64,000 nt of DNA from the human T2T-CHM13v2.0 reference genome, Homo sapiens. Under the pieces are notes generated by a model, which did not search any database, was not told where the DNA came from, and saw only the letters and a list, made by a program, of their open reading frames with translations. How positions within the stretch are numbered: the first letter of the stretch is position 1; every line of letters starts with the position of its first letter. A program made the position numbers and the translations under genes. Positions 39,500 to 55,299 of the stretch are shown in pieces. The stretch lies in the NCBI RefSeq assembly GCF_009914755.1, contig NC_060940.1. The stretch is one strand, 5' to 3'.

Positions 39500-39730
39500 T
39501 ACATGTAAGCATAACAGACATGATTTTGCTGCTGTAATAACTATAGATTGCAGGAAACAAGCTGTAGGTCCATCAATAGGGGAATGAAAAAAGCAAGCAA
39601 CAGAACCTCCGCATAATGGGATCATTGTGGCTGTTAAGAAGAACGGGGGTAGATCCAAATGCCCTAACATGAGAGAAGGCTCATGATGAGCTATGGAGGG
39701 GAAAAGCAAGTGCAGGAAAATTATATGTCA
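39500..39730 (+). mobile_element. Old L1ME fragment
   Basis: 'gtccatcaataggggaatg...ataatgggatcattgtggctgttaagaagaa'. Confidence 0.5.
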
Positions 39731-40319
39731 TATGTACCCATTAAAGCCCCTCCTGCAGGAAACGTCTTCTTGTATTTACACATTTCTGTCTTGGCTACAG
39801 TTTCTTTTAAATCAAGTAAATAAGTGAAATGAAATGAAAAAAGAAAGAAAACAGAAGCAATTTCCTGGATTGTTGTTAAATGTTGTTGTTTTGTATATGT
39901 GTTTGTTTTCTAAAAGGAAAACAGCTGTTTTGGTAAGAAATTGTAAATGGATACCTTTTGGGTTAAACTGTGGCCTTAAATTTGGGGCACAACTCCTCTT
40001 TCGAAGGAGAGTTTCATTGTTTTTTCCATGGTAATACCAGCATAATGGACCTCAATTTCATTCTGATTTATGTGGTGTCTTTCCCTACATTCTCTACTTG
40101 CTTCTTAGCTTTGCCTGGGAGGCAGGTGTCATGAGGCCCAGAGGTGTCTTGCCTGAGATCATCTTGCTGGAAGAAGTAGAACAGTCCTCCAGTTAATACC
40201 GTCTGGCCCTAAATCCCAAGACCAGCAATCGCCCAAAGCTATTCCCATCGATTTATATCTTGAAGACGTCATAGAAACTTACTCTAGGATTTGTTAGGAA
40301 ATTGGTAGCCATTCATTTT

Positions 40320-40720
40320 GTCTTAAGAGTGCAAGTTCAAACATCATGTCCTCCGGTTTCAAGCCACTTCCCAGTTGCTGGACTTTGCAAAAGTTGCTTT
40401 AATATCTCTGCACTACAGTTTCCTCAACTGTACAAGAGGGATAACAATCAAGTTTTCCCCCATAAAGTTGCTGTGGAAATAAATGAACTAATGCCCAAGA
40501 ACAGTGGAGGAGGCTCCTAGAATATAGTACAAGCCTAATAAATACTAGTGATAGCTGTTCATATTAAACTCATTTTATAACCTTTGGCATACCAGGAGCC
40601 TCGGTTTCTTCATCTATAAAATGGGAACAGTAATGCCAATTTCTCAGGGTTTTATGATGATTATATGAGTTCATGAATATAAAGTGCCTGGCATCAGGTA
40701 GCAGCAAAAATTAGTTAAGT
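40320..40720 (+). mobile_element. Two tandem MIR relics
   Basis: Cores 'cagtttcctcaactgtacaa' (about 40416) and 'gcctcggtttcttcatctataaaatggg' (about 40598). Confidence 0.7.
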
Positions 40721-41429
40721 GCCGACTCCATTCCCATATCTGACCTTCCATGTATTGGGTGACTCTCATCAATGGAATAGTAATGATATTTCTGTGAACT
40801 GATTGTTGGCATTTACGAAGAGAGGTTGCTTGTCTCGGCTATGGGTGACCTGTAGAATTATTTATGAGCCAGACAAACCAAGCAGCAAAGAAAAAGACCC
40901 AATATTCTTATAGCAAAACATTCTTGTTCCTTGAAGCATAAAGGGTGAAATGGACTAGGGCATTCAGAGAGCGTTCTGGAAGCCCCTAGGAAACCGTGAG
41001 AGGAGACAAATGGGGAGAAGAAACTCAACAGTTTGCAGTCTGAAGAAAAGAAATTCAAGGTATAGCTACACAGAAATTCTACATACGTTTATACTAGGGA
41101 ATTGTGAACATGGTTTCTTCACCCGCAGGATCACTTGGAACAATTTTGATAAGTAAGAAACACATTAAGGAAAATGAGAAGTCCCTTAATCATCACTGTG
41201 TAAAAATAAGAGCTTTTGGCGCAGTGTGCTCAAAGTCTTAGAGAAGGAAATAATAGAATATATGTCAATGGGCCAAAATTTCAGCCAATTTTTAAGTGAA
41301 AATGCTATCTTGGGCAATTGCTTCCCAATTAAACCATATCTGCAGTGATATTTTGATATTTCTAGAATTCTCAATTTCATTGTTCTCTTACTTATGTTGA
41401 ACTGTTATTTTCTCTTGCTGTAGAGACAA

Positions 41430-41690
41430 AGCAGTGTAACAGATAAGAGTGCAGAACTAGAGTTACACTTACTGGATTCGAATCCTCGGTCTATCATTTA
41501 CCAGCTGTGTGATCCTGGGCAGGTTGCCTACCCTCTCTGTGCTTTTGTTTTTGCACCTGTAAAATGGAGCTGATAATAGTACTTCCCTCGTGGGGTTGTT
41601 GTGAGAATCAACTAGCATAATGTCTGACATTTGCTCAGCACAGTACTTGGTACATTGCAAATGCTCAATACATGTGAATTCTTATTTTTA
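41430..41690 (+). mobile_element. MIR, near full length
   Basis: 'gcagtgtaac...taagagtgcaga...ggattcgaatcc...agctgtgtgatcctgggcaagg...ctgtaaaatggag...tgctcaata'. Confidence 0.88.
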
Positions 41691-41769
41691 TTTTGATGAT
41701 TTTATCATGATTATAAGACTCTCAATCTCCTCTTGTGAGTAGGTGGAGAGGTGCCTTTCCAATAGTATC

Positions 41770-41960
41770 AGTTCTGCAGCGAATTTGACCACTTCCGCTG
41801 TCTGGCTACATGCCTTAGTGAGATGTCATTACTGCTTTAGTTTTCTCATCTGTAAAATGGAGATAATAATACCTTGCAAGAGTCTCGAGAGGATTGAATG
41901 AAGTAATGTCTATGGAATGCCTGGCCGGGAGTAGGCACTTAGCAAATAATGGTGTCATTA
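41770..41960 (+). mobile_element. MIR relic
   Basis: 'agttttctcatctgtaaaatggagataataatacc'. Confidence 0.75.
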
Positions 41961-42144
41961 TTCCTTCTTTTTAAAATACTCAGCATTTTACTCCTAAGTA
42001 AAAGCATCCAATCTAGAGATGTTTTAATTTTGGTTTGTTTTTATTTACTTTTATAAGTAGCGAATCCCAAACACTTGATTACCTCAATACTGTAAAAAAT
42101 TTATCTATGGTAGGTGATCAAGGTTAGTTATAAAACAAACATTT

Positions 42145-42510
<366 letters not shown>

Positions 42511-42587
42511 TCACTTCTACCTCCTTTTACTTATAAGCTCAAATTTGTCTTTGATACAGCTACTGGAGTGTAAGAAAAGAAGCCCAC

Positions 42588-42658
42588 AAACACACACCAC
42601 ACACACACATACACACACACAGACACACACACACACACACACACACACAGGCACACAG
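42588..42658. repeat. Imperfect (CA)n
   Basis: Directly visible. Confidence 0.9.
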
Positions 42659-43144
42659 AGGCCAACCTTTAGTACACCTGTTATTCATAGCAGAAACCTG
42701 TTACCTTAACTGTGCGTTGTATATTTTAGGTGCTTGATAAATGTTTGTTATAAATAAAGTAACCCATTAAACTTACTTCTACTATGTCATCCTTCTGTTT
42801 CCCCATTTTTCTGGCCCCCACCAAGCCATGGTATTGAGAACTGATGTATTTCCTGCTCATATGTGCGGCCTGGGAACTGGAGTAGAGGATAAGTACGTTG
42901 TATCTTTGCTAAGGGTATGGGGGGTCCAAGGACAGTCCAAAATCAAAGGACATAGTTATGGCACTGCTCTGTGACCTCAGGCAAGTCATTTTCCCACTGT
43001 GGACTTGTTTCTGAATCTAAAAAATGAAGGGCTAGATTAAATAACCTCTTTGTAACTTCTTTTTTGTTTTGCTGTTAGTAACTTGACATGATGGGATATC
43101 AGGGGCACTCGTTATTTTTGGGGGTTGGGGGCGGGGTGGTCGGC

Positions 43145-43365
43145 CTGACAGACCTGTGTCTAAAACCTTCTGTTGCAGTTACCGGCTGTATAAATGGGAA
43201 TAAGTTTCCTAATTTATCTGAGTCTCATTTACCGTCATCTGTAGAACAGGAATAATCAGACCATCTTAAAATGATTGTTGCAAGAATGAAATGAGATGCT
43301 GGACATCAGGAATATAGCACGGGGTCTGGTACAAGGAAAGCATTCAATAAATGGCGACCATCATT
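43145..43365 (+). mobile_element. MIR relic
   Basis: 'tctgagtctcattt...catctgtagaacaggaataat...gcattcaataaatgg'. Confidence 0.75.
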
Positions 43366-44594
43366 ATGTGTGTCTCTGCTTCTTTCTTGGCCAGATTCCT
43401 CTGTATTGAAGGTAACAGTCATAGTTCTTTCCTTCAATCGTCTCCTGAACTACTTAAGAGCAACCTCTAGGAGGGACAATGCTGATGAAGCCAATAATAT
43501 GAATTCGGTGTTTTGGGGAATGTGCAATTAGGTCACTTACAGCACGCTGGCCCTTCTCCACATGCCGCAGAGATACGGCATTTGATACCAGCATGAAGAT
43601 CGGTTCCTTCCTCTCTCAAAGCTAGCTTTATTGATCCCCTCATTCTAATGGGGGCAGGGGAAGAAGGAGAAATGAGGAAATGTTAGCAAAGACAGAGGTT
43701 AGGTCCGCTTGATTTTGCCTTCACCCACAGAAGCCGTAGCTGCAGGAAGACTGGGAAAGAGTCCAGGATTAATTTGAGCCCGGCTTGCCTTCCCACTCTT
43801 TTCCAATCAATTCCCAGAAGGTAGCCATTTTTAATTCTCCATTTATCTTACTTGACCAGGGTCAAGTCTGTTTTCAGGGCAAAGATTAGAGAAGTGGCAG
43901 ATAACTGGCTGATATCTCTGGTAATAAATGAATATGAGCTTTAAGCCTGGTGTAATTAAAAATGTATAAACTCACAGTTTATTCCCCCTTAAAAGTTTAC
44001 AATCTTCTGTTGAAATGCTTCTTGAACCACCATTCAACTTGTTTTTTAGTCATCTTTGCTGATAAGAAAAGGGAAGGAAATTGAAGACTCAACAGAAGAC
44101 ACTCCCATCTGTGCAAAATCAAACCCATATCAACAAGGGAGGCATGTGAACCTTTATCTTGGCATCTGCTGGGCCACTAGGAGAAGGATGTCACCGGTTA
44201 ACTTCATATTTACCTTTGCATTATTAAGCTGTGAGCCAGGGTCCTTCTAATACACACAAATATCCCAAGCCTCATCCAGAAAGTAGGCAAAATCTGCAAA
44301 ACAAACCCAGGCCAACTTCAAATTGCGGAGTCATCAACGCATGAGCCAGGCTGCCATCAGCAACATAGAACCAGCGTTTACTCAGTTCCAGAGGAATTTT
44401 ATTTCAGCTTGGGAGCTTCAGTCCATTTGCCTTACAAATGCCACCATTATGTGCTATTTGAGGTTTGAATGATGCCACACAAGGAGACACTCCATGTGTA
44501 CCTGCCTCTTCTACAAACTGAAGAACTGTCAGAATTCCAGCAGAGGGAATCAGTTTTGGTAGATGGGGTAAAGTGAGGAAAGGAAAGAAAACTA

Positions 44595-44770
44595 ACCAAG
44601 CCCCAGGCACTATGTTAGCTACTCCAAGTGCATTATTTTACTCAATCCTGACAGCAGTTCTGTGAACAAGACTATTCTCCCATTTTACAGATGTGGAAAC
44701 TGAGGCTTCTACAAGTGACTTGCCCCAGGTCTTGCTCAGAAGGGGAGGAGGCTGCTTCTGCCTCCACTCA
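44595..44770 (-). mobile_element. MIR relic
   Basis: 'cccattttacagatgtggaaactgaggct...aagtgacttgccccaggtc'. Confidence 0.85.
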
Positions 44771-44911
44771 GCCTCCAACCCCCATTACCTTGTATCAGTC
44801 ACCCAGGTGGTAGTGGGCTGCAGATGCTGTGGGTTTTGTTTCTGAGTAGTCTGTGAACAACTCTCCAAGCAAGCATGAACTTTTAAGGGAAATCCTTCTC
44901 CCTGAATAGTA

Positions 44912-45202
<291 letters not shown>

Positions 45203-45588
45203 AATAGTTTCTAAAGGAGATGACCATGTTGGTCAACGGGTCTGGCCCAAAAAGAAAACTCTGTGCCTTCCCTTTCCAAGAAGTCATATTAGAAAGAGTG
45301 AAAAAAGGAGCTCCTTCCTGATGGTAAAAAAGTGAACGGCACCGAAGTGGTTACCAACCATTTTGTTCAACCAGACTATTTACAAGTAGTAACAGGGTAT
45401 CTGTTTCCTGTCATCTCCATCATATATCTTAAAGCAGAGAGATTGGAAGCCCATTACAGTCTGATATCTAATCAATACACACCGTATTCCTACAGCAGGA
45501 AGTAAAAGAATAGGCCCTTGGGAACCAGAGTTCAAATTACTCCACTGTCGATTCCAGATAGCAGCTAATGATAGGCTAAGCTTGGTGT

Positions 45589-45625
45589 GGGGGCGGTGGG
45601 ATGCGGACAGGGTGGGATGAAGGGG
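45589..45625 (+). other. Potential G-quadruplex (five G-tracts)
   Basis: ggggg-cggt-ggg-atgcggaca-ggg-t-ggg-atgaa-gggg. Confidence 0.45.
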
Positions 45626-46049
45626 AAGAAGAGACCATAGTTTAATGGGATAGTTAATTTGAAAATCAAATATGCATTCACTTTTGCCTCATTTGAAAGC
45701 TACATGTTGTCTCTTAGCAGGCAATACTTCTGACTTCAAATGCTTTTCTCTCTGCAGTGCCAAAATATGTTTTAGACACACACACGTATCACACATTATG
45801 TTTCGGTATTAAATTATATATCCGGATATACTTCCATATAATACATAAAGAAGCCTAAAGGAACATAAATATGCCATTTGATTATTCAATGAGTATTGAC
45901 TGAGTGCCCGTGTACCTATGCGACCACCTGGATGTGGTCATAGGCATAGTGACCAGTGACATAGCAGCCAGTGACCACATCAAGCTTTGAGCAAGTCTCG
46001 ACCACATGGAACTTATATTCCAAGACGGTATTGTGTGATCAATGTGTAA

Positions 46050-46290
46050 CTGAGGTAGTAGGACCAAAGAGGCAGGAGAGAGAGTTGCCTTTTAGTGAAA
46101 ATGGAAGTACTGAAATCACCACATTCTGAGTTTATTTCCTGCCTCTCCCATCTACTAGCTTTGAGACCCGTAGAAAGTTACATGACCTGTCTGAGTTTCA
46201 AATCCTCCACTTGTAAAATGCGAATAATACTACTCACCTCTTGGGTTATTGTAAGGATAAAATAAAGTAAAAAACAAAAAAGGTGAATTT
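46050..46290 (+). mobile_element. MIR relic
   Basis: 'ctgagtttcaaatcctccacttgtaaaatgcgaataatactactcacctcttgggttattgtaaggataaa'. Confidence 0.75.
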
Positions 46291-46295
46291 TTTGA

Positions 46296-47295
<1,000 letters not shown>

Positions 47296-47403
47296 AAGGG
47301 TGAGGGCCAAAGATTGTCACAACTCATCCAAGGAACTTCATCCTTTCTCTTATTCAGTCCTATAGCAGCTTGCTTCTTCCCAGAGGATTCAACAACAACA
47401 ACA

Positions 47404-47424
47404 CTCTCTCTCATTCTCTCTCTG

Positions 47425-47472
<48 letters not shown>
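47404..47472. repeat. Compound (TC)n(CA)n microsatellite
   Basis: Directly visible. Confidence 0.92.
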
Positions 47473-47473
<1 letters not shown>

Positions 47474-48695
47474 AGCAACATGCCTGTTTCTTGCCTCAGT
47501 CTTCTATCCAGAGGCTCTCTAACTCAGCCCCATCTAAAGGCCAGACTAGAAACCTCCTCCATCCAGGTCCCTTTGTGGCCCTTTCCACAAACCCAAACTC
47601 CCCTTTGCAGCCACGGACAAGATGAACTTTCTGTACTGAAATTGCTGGTCTGGGTCAGGAAACTTTCTTAGTAAAGTAAGCCTTAAAGAAATCCAGCTAA
47701 TTCTAAATAGCTTAAGACTTTTGGTTTTACCTCTGCTGGTCCAAAATGCGTTATTACGTCAATACATGGAAGAAAAAGCTGTATTACACACAGCAGAGCC
47801 TGGTAGATAGCATCTATTAAAAGCTGAAACTTCAGCCAGCCCTATTAAAACTTCAAGGTAGTGGGTGTGGCATTTCTTTAGTTTTGTTTTGTTTTGTTTT
47901 GGTTTTGGTTTAATTTAGCAGAGGTAGGATTTGAGCCCAGGGCTGTCGTCTGCTATCAATGGTCAATGCACCCCCCATTATGTAATTATTCAGGACCACT
48001 TTGCAATCATCTGACCTTCCCAGGCCATTTGCAATGTCCTTAACTGCCTCTTTGTTTCCCTGTGTTTTGCATTTTTCTTAGAATGCCTCATTCTTCTCCT
48101 GCGCTTATCCACACTCACTTGTTCATTAAGAACCAAAGGTCTACTTTAAACTGGGATCATGCATGCTTTTGACTTTAAAGTCAATCATACACTGTCTTGT
48201 TTTAATCTGAAACCAGTCCAGGTGTAACTTATCTGTTCTCGCACTGTCTTGGAACTCAGTTTCATTAAGAAAGGGTCTATGCCTGGCATTCTTTTTTTGT
48301 TCTTAAACAGCTGAGCACAACAATTCTATTTGCTGAGTGTTTCTTTGATCTAGTTAATATAAAATATTATTTTAGAAGTTAGAATTAGAAAAAATAAAAT
48401 TTGAAAAAAAAGCATCTGCAGATGAAAAAACTTTTGATTTATTCTGAGAGCTCCAAATCCCACTGTTTCTTTGTTGTGGCTACTGGTAAGCTCACAGATA
48501 AGTTTGGTCTTCAATCTCCGAAGCTTCCCTTAGTCTAGGTTTTCTGCTAAAATTACACTGCTTCCTTTCCATGCCCCTCCCACTATTCTCCTCTCAACCC
48601 ATATATTTCCTAACCATTCCACTTTCTGTATCTTGAAATTTTACCTTCATTTTAATCATTTTATTATTTTATCATACCTTTGGTTTTTAAAAAAT

Positions 48696-48810
48696 AAATG
48701 TATTTTTTACAAATGTATTTTCCAAACATATTCTGGAAAAAATAAAATATGAAAATGTATTTTTTATGAATGTATTTTCTAAATACGTTTCAGAAATAAA
48801 TGAAGTATGA
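48696..48810. repeat. Diverged 57-bp tandem duplication
   Basis: aaatgtattttttac/tg-aatgtattttc...gaaa-aaat-aa-tatga x2. Confidence 0.75.
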
Positions 48811-50999
48811 CGGGAAACTGTACATGAAAAGATTGGGTACGTGAAAAGATGATCTCTATATTCATTAACTCATGTAAACATAATTCTTTTATAGGTAAGA
48901 GCTTTCTGCTTGGAATTTCTTCCTCCATGTAAATTATTCAATAGCATTAATGATTGCAAGTAAAGTTTATTTTTCCAATATAAAAACAATTTTTACATTT
49001 CCATTAAAACATATTGGAAAAACACCAAAAAAGAAAGAAAGAAACATAGGCTGCAAAGTTTTAACATCTAAAGACAACCACAAGTAGGACCTGCAGTAAC
49101 TTTTCATACTTATCTTTCATACAGCTGGCACAATGACAATAAGTTGCGCATGCACATATACCCTGCCTTCACTACTAAATACATATTCCATATTTTTAGA
49201 AAATATGTGCAATTTATGATTTAAAATATTAGTTGTCAGAAAAGCACTGAAATAGATAATAACTACAGATTTCCATTTCTGACTTACACAAAATAACAGG
49301 GAACAGATGTATCCTCTCACCTTAAATAATTAGAAAAAAATTTAAAATTTTTAAAAACATATACATTGTTTTTCTAATCACTTTCTAATGATTTTTTTAA
49401 TATCTATACATTTCTATAATTTTTCATACATATAGTCAATAGTTTTTAGACACTTATTAACCACAGGCCTTATACGGCTATGATTCCTGAAAGAAGGTAA
49501 GAAAGTAACGTGAATTCTATAATTTTAACAGATTACTGCCTGGGTTCAGTTACCAGGACTGAATACAGAGATGGAGAACCTGAACAGACTGAGCTCAGTC
49601 TTGCTGAGTTGCAGAGAACTAGAGGTCAAAGTTCAGAAAAGTCAAGGCAGTTAGAATTTGTGGGACAGAGTAAGATGGCAAGGGAGGTAGATGGATAAAG
49701 AGTTCAAGAAATCTGCAGGGGGTGCCCTTGAATCTTTGGCTGAGTATTAATTTGTACGTGAGTGAGAGGATGTGACCCAGGAGAGAAGAAGGCAGAAAAA
49801 TTCCTGGAGCTCACACAGAACTGAAAATTGTTCATCTTTCTACCAGCAGTGGGAAAAGATCTTGTTAAAACACGAGGCATTAAGTAGAATCCTCAGAAGG
49901 GTATTGCCTTAGTATTAGGGCAAATTTAGCCCCAGACTAAATACTAATCTGAATAACAGAGTTTAAAAGTAAGCCTTAAAAGTATTCAACTAATTCTAAA
50001 TAACTGAGAGCCGTAACAATGTATTACAATTGACAGCATATTACAATATTCTACACTTAATTAATCTACTACAAAATTTCCACACATACAAAGAAACAGG
50101 AAAATATGACCTGTAACCAGGAGGAAATCAATCAATTGAGGCAGACTTAGAAATAATTGCTACTATGAACTGTTATTATAAAACAATTACTATTAAAAGA
50201 TTCCATATGTTCAAGAAGGTAAAGGAAAATATGAGTATGATGAATAGAGAAATTGAATGTTACATTAAAAACAGAACTTCCAGAAATGAAAATTACAATA
50301 TCTTAAATGAAAGAAAATTAAGATTAACAGAATAGACACTAAAGAAGAAAAACTTAATGAACTTGCAGATATAGCAATAGGAAGTAAACAAATCAGAAAA
50401 GACATGGAAAAAAATAAACAGTGGAAAAGTAAGGTATAATAAAATATAAAGTAATCTAATATACAAATAACTGAAGTCCAGGAAAAAGATGAAGAAAACA
50501 GAAAAAAAAATAAAACAATATTTGAAAATTCTACAAACTTGATGAAAATCATAAACTCACACATACAATAAGTTCAGTGAACCTCAATCAAAATAACCCC
50601 AAAGAAAACCACACCAAGGTACATCAGTATCAAATGGCTGAAATCTAGAAATAGAAATAGAACCTTAAAAAATCCAAAGAAATATGACACATTATATACA
50701 GAAGAAAAAGATAAAAATTACATGAGTCTCTTTGTCAGAAATTTTAAAAAAAGATAAACATTTGGATTTTCACAAATTAATGGAGAGTATAAGAAATTTT
50801 AAATGTAAAAATAAGTATTTTCTCATTTTAAAAATAACTGACTATTCAAAGCAAAATAACAACTTTATTGTGGGATTTACACAAATAAGGTATATTACAA
50901 AAACAGCACAACAGGTGAGTGGGAAAAATAAGTTTTATAGTTGTAAGGGTGTTATACTATACATGAAGCAGTGTAATATTTGAAGGTAGGCTGTAGTTT

Positions 51000-51225
51000 T
51001 TATATATACTATGCATATACGGTATTACACAGTATATATATGCATATATATAGTATTTTATATACAGTATACACTATATATAGTATTTTATATATAGTCT
51101 TACACCCTACCCTTAAATATGATACCACTACATATCTATACATGTACGTAGTACTATACTTCATATGTATGTTTTTATGTATAAAGTATGTATACGCTGT
51201 AATACCATATATACATATAGTACAA
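51000..51225. repeat. TA-rich low-complexity tract
   Basis: TATA/CATA units; tatatatagtattttatata occurs twice. Confidence 0.85.
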
Positions 51226-51480
51226 CAACTTCTTGAAAGGGAAATAAACAGGTAGAACAATATGCCATAATAGAGATAAAATAGAATGTTAAAATACTCA
51301 ATTAGTTCAACAGGAGGCAAAAAAAGTAATGAAGAAAGAAAAGAAGGAATAAATAGAAAACAAATAGCCAGGTGATAGAGTAAAACTCAACCATATCAGT
51401 AATTACCATAGATGTAAATAGCCTAAACACTCCAGTTAAATGTCAAAGATTGTTGCACGGTATAAAAAAGCAAAACCCAA

Positions 51481-52001
51481 TGTATTATTCAGAGTTCTGC
51501 AGAGAAACAGAACCAACAGAATGTATACACACACACCTGTGTGTGTATATATATATGCATGTGTGTGTATGTATATATGTGTGTGTATATATATGTATGT
51601 GTATATATATATATATGTGAGTATATACATACATGTATATATATATATAGAGAGAGAGACATTTGCTTTAAAGAATTGGCTCATGTGATTATGGAAGCTG
51701 GCAAGTCCAAGCAGATGGCAGGCTGGAAACACAAGAAGAAACGATGCTTCAATATTCAATCTAAAGGCAGTGTGGAGGCAGTTACTTCTTCAGTGGGGTA
51801 CCTCAGTCTTTCCCCTTAAAGCCTTCAACTGATTGGATGACGCTTATCCACGATATAGAGGGTAATTTGCTTACTCAAAGTCTACTGATTTAAATATTAA
51901 TCACATCTCAAAATACCTACACAGCAACATCTACCATGGCATTTGACCAAGCAACTGGAACCATAGTATAGCTTATCTGACATATAAAATAAGCCATCAC
52001 A
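51481..52001 (-). mobile_element. MLT2 (C/D-type) ERVL solo LTR with expanded internal (TA/TG)n
   Basis: 'tgtatta...gttctgcagagaaacagaaccaa', 'gaattggctcatgtgattatggaagctggcaagtcc', 'gccttcaactgattggatga', 'tgacatataaaataagccatcaca'; TSD cccaa/cctga. Confidence 0.88.
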
Positions 52002-53727
52002 CCTGATTATATGTTTCTAACACTGTAAACATGAAACACACATAGGTAAAAACAAAAGGATGGTATAAGATGTATTGACCAAACAGTAATTAAAAGAATG
52101 CTGGAGAGACTATATAAATTTCAGAAAAATTAGACTTCTGAACAGAGAATATGACTAGGAATAATAAAGCGGATTTTATATGGTGAAGGGGGGCAATTCA
52201 TCAACAGGACATAGCAACTCTAAATGTATATGAACCTAATGGAGAGCTTCAAATTTCATAAAGCTAAATATGGTATCACTAAAATGAAGAATTGACAAGT
52301 CCACAATTATATTTGTAGACTTCGAGACTCCTGTCTCAGTAAATGATAGGATGAGTTGACAGAAAATCAGTAAGAATGGAGAACACAGAAACAACCCTAT
52401 CAACCAACTTGACTTCCTTGACATTTGTAGAACACTCTACTCATCAACAGCATTATACACATTCTTCTTCAGCGCATATGAAATATTTGCCAAGTAAAAT
52501 GATATTCGAGGCTATAAAACAAGATTTAATAAATTTAAGGCAATTTTAATCATGTGAAAGGTTTTATTTGGCTACAATAAAATTAATGAATAATAACAGC
52601 AGAATATATGGAAAATCTTTACATTTGAAAAATGAAACTGCAATTTATTAAGTAATTTATGAATCAAAGATGTAATAATAAGACAAAGTAGATAATATTT
52701 TGAAATGAACTAAAATAAAAACATAATGTATCAAAATTTGTGAGATGCAGCTTAAGCAGTACTTAGAGGGAAAATTATATCATTAATTGCTCACATTAGA
52801 AAAACGAAAGGTCTCAAATAAGTGACCTTACTTTCCCCTTTAATAACTTGGAAAAGCAAATTTTAAATAAGGACAGGAAGCAAGGAAATTATAAAGATAA
52901 GAGCAATCATCAATAAAGTAGAAAAACAAAAAACAATAAAGAAAATTAATGAAACAAGAGCAGGTTCTTGAAAAAAATCTATACAATTGGTAAATCTTTA
53001 GCCAGACTGAACATGCACACACACACACTCCACATGCATAGCTATGTGTGTGCTCATAAAAGAGAGAGCAAAGGGAAGGGGAGGTGGAAAGAGGAAGAGA
53101 AGACCCAAATTATTAATATAAAGTGCTAAAATAACCGATATTTCAAACATTAAAAGGGTAAGAGAATATTATGAACTTCATTTAAATAAATTTGATAACA
53201 TTGATAAAATGGACACATCTGTTGAAAGACACAAACAACCAGTTTCTTCAAGAAGTAGATAACCAAGATAGTCCCATGACTAGTAAATATATTTATTTTG
53301 TAATCTAAAACACTAATAATGAAGTTTAAAAGAAAAATATTTAATACACTGAACTTCATCAAAGTTAAAAGTTTTCTGTTAACAAAAACTGCTAAGACTG
53401 GGAGAATATATTTGTAAAACAAATACCTGATAAAGGAATCATAACCAGAACATCAAAATAAGTATTCCAACTCAACAATAATAATAAAAAGAAACTCTTA
53501 AAAAACTGGGACACTTCTCCCAAAGAAGAGAGATACAAATGAGAAATATGTATGTGAAATAGACTCATATCATTAGTTATTAGAAAAACACAAATTAAAA
53601 TCACAAAAAGATACAACTATGCAATTCACTAAAATGGCCAAAATGCTAAAAGTCAAGTAATACCAATGCTGGTGAGGATGTGGAACTATTGGAACATACA
53701 TTCATATGAACTATTGGAACATACATT

Positions 53728-53771
53728 TTTTTTAATGGTGAAACCACAATTGCTTTTGCACCAACATAATA
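53728..53771. mobile_element. Half MADE1 (solo Hsmar1-type TIR)
   Basis: 'ttttaatggtgaaaccacaattgcttttgcaccaacataata' is the right arm of MADE1. Confidence 0.8.
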
Positions 53772-54071
53772 CATTTAGTACATAACCCAGGAATCCCATT
53801 CCTAGGTATTTACCAGAGTTAAGTGAAAATTTATGTTCATGCAAAGACTAGTACTGCTTATAGAGTAGTAAATCAAGTAGATCTCATAGATGCTTTATTC
53901 AATATGGCCCATAACTACAAGCAACTCACACAATTGTCTACTGGTGAATAGATGGTGATAGATCCATACAATGGATTATTACTCAGCAATAAGAGGGAAC
54001 ACAGTATTGATAAATGCAATAGCGTAGTTGAACGTCCAAAGTATTATGTTAGTTGAAGGTAGTCAGACTCA

Positions 54072-54421
<350 letters not shown>

Positions 54422-54759
54422 TCAGTGTTTTTCCAGGACTGAGATGGGAGGAGGGAATAAACGCAAAAAGCATGAGGGAGAAAAAGAGGACACAGGGTAG
54501 TGGAAATGCCTTATTATGGAGATGGTTACACGGGGGAGTGGAAATGCCCATTGTGGAGATGGCTATATGACTGGATACATTTATGAAGACTCATGAATTA
54601 CACTCTCAGAATTTATGAATTCTATTATAAATATGTATATATTCTATTATTACATATATGTATTTTACCTCAATAAAGATGATTCTAAAATTACAAGTTC
54701 TGTGTCAAAAACAAGTTGTATTTTTAGAATGATCTTCTTTATGTATTTATATGTTTTAT

Positions 54760-55100
54760 ATGTTTCTTCTTTATATAAAGAAAAAAATAAATCCCACTAC
54801 TCAATAACATTCAATAATTACAGAAATAAACAATGTACATTTAGTGTTTCTCTCTCATGCCCAGTTACAATTATTTTTTAGCAAAAATAACATGTTGGCA
54901 TACATAAAGTACATTTGTACATATACTAATTCACATGCACATAAAGTAACTTTAATTGTTTAATAGTTCATCAAGTTAATGGGCCAAATTTTATTTAACC
55001 ATTTTTTAGTTATTGGAAATTTAATTTGTTTACGCTTTTTCTGTAACATAAACGATGCTGTGATAAATACCTTTGCACATAAGGGGTTTTTTCTCTCATA
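54760..55100 (-). mobile_element. Old L1M fragment(s)
   Basis: 'ttatttaaccatt...ttattggaaatttaatttgttt...tgctgtgataaatacctttgcacata'. Confidence 0.55.
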
Positions 55101-55299
55101 TTTTAGAGCAGCAATTTTATGGTCTCTGTGGGGGCTTTGAATAAAATAAACTCTTTCTGTTCTAGGAAAATATGGTTCAAGATACTTGGTTGCCTGGAGC
55201 CACTGAATTAATCAGTAAATGATCATGGACAAAATAGAGATTTCCTTCGCAGCCCTGGGCTCCTATAACTGATATAAAAATGATGAGAGTGAACATTAA

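Noticed and set aside
41430-41500. tRNA-like A/B-box sequence (ggattcgaatcc)
   Set aside because: This is the tRNA-derived head of a MIR; no cloverleaf
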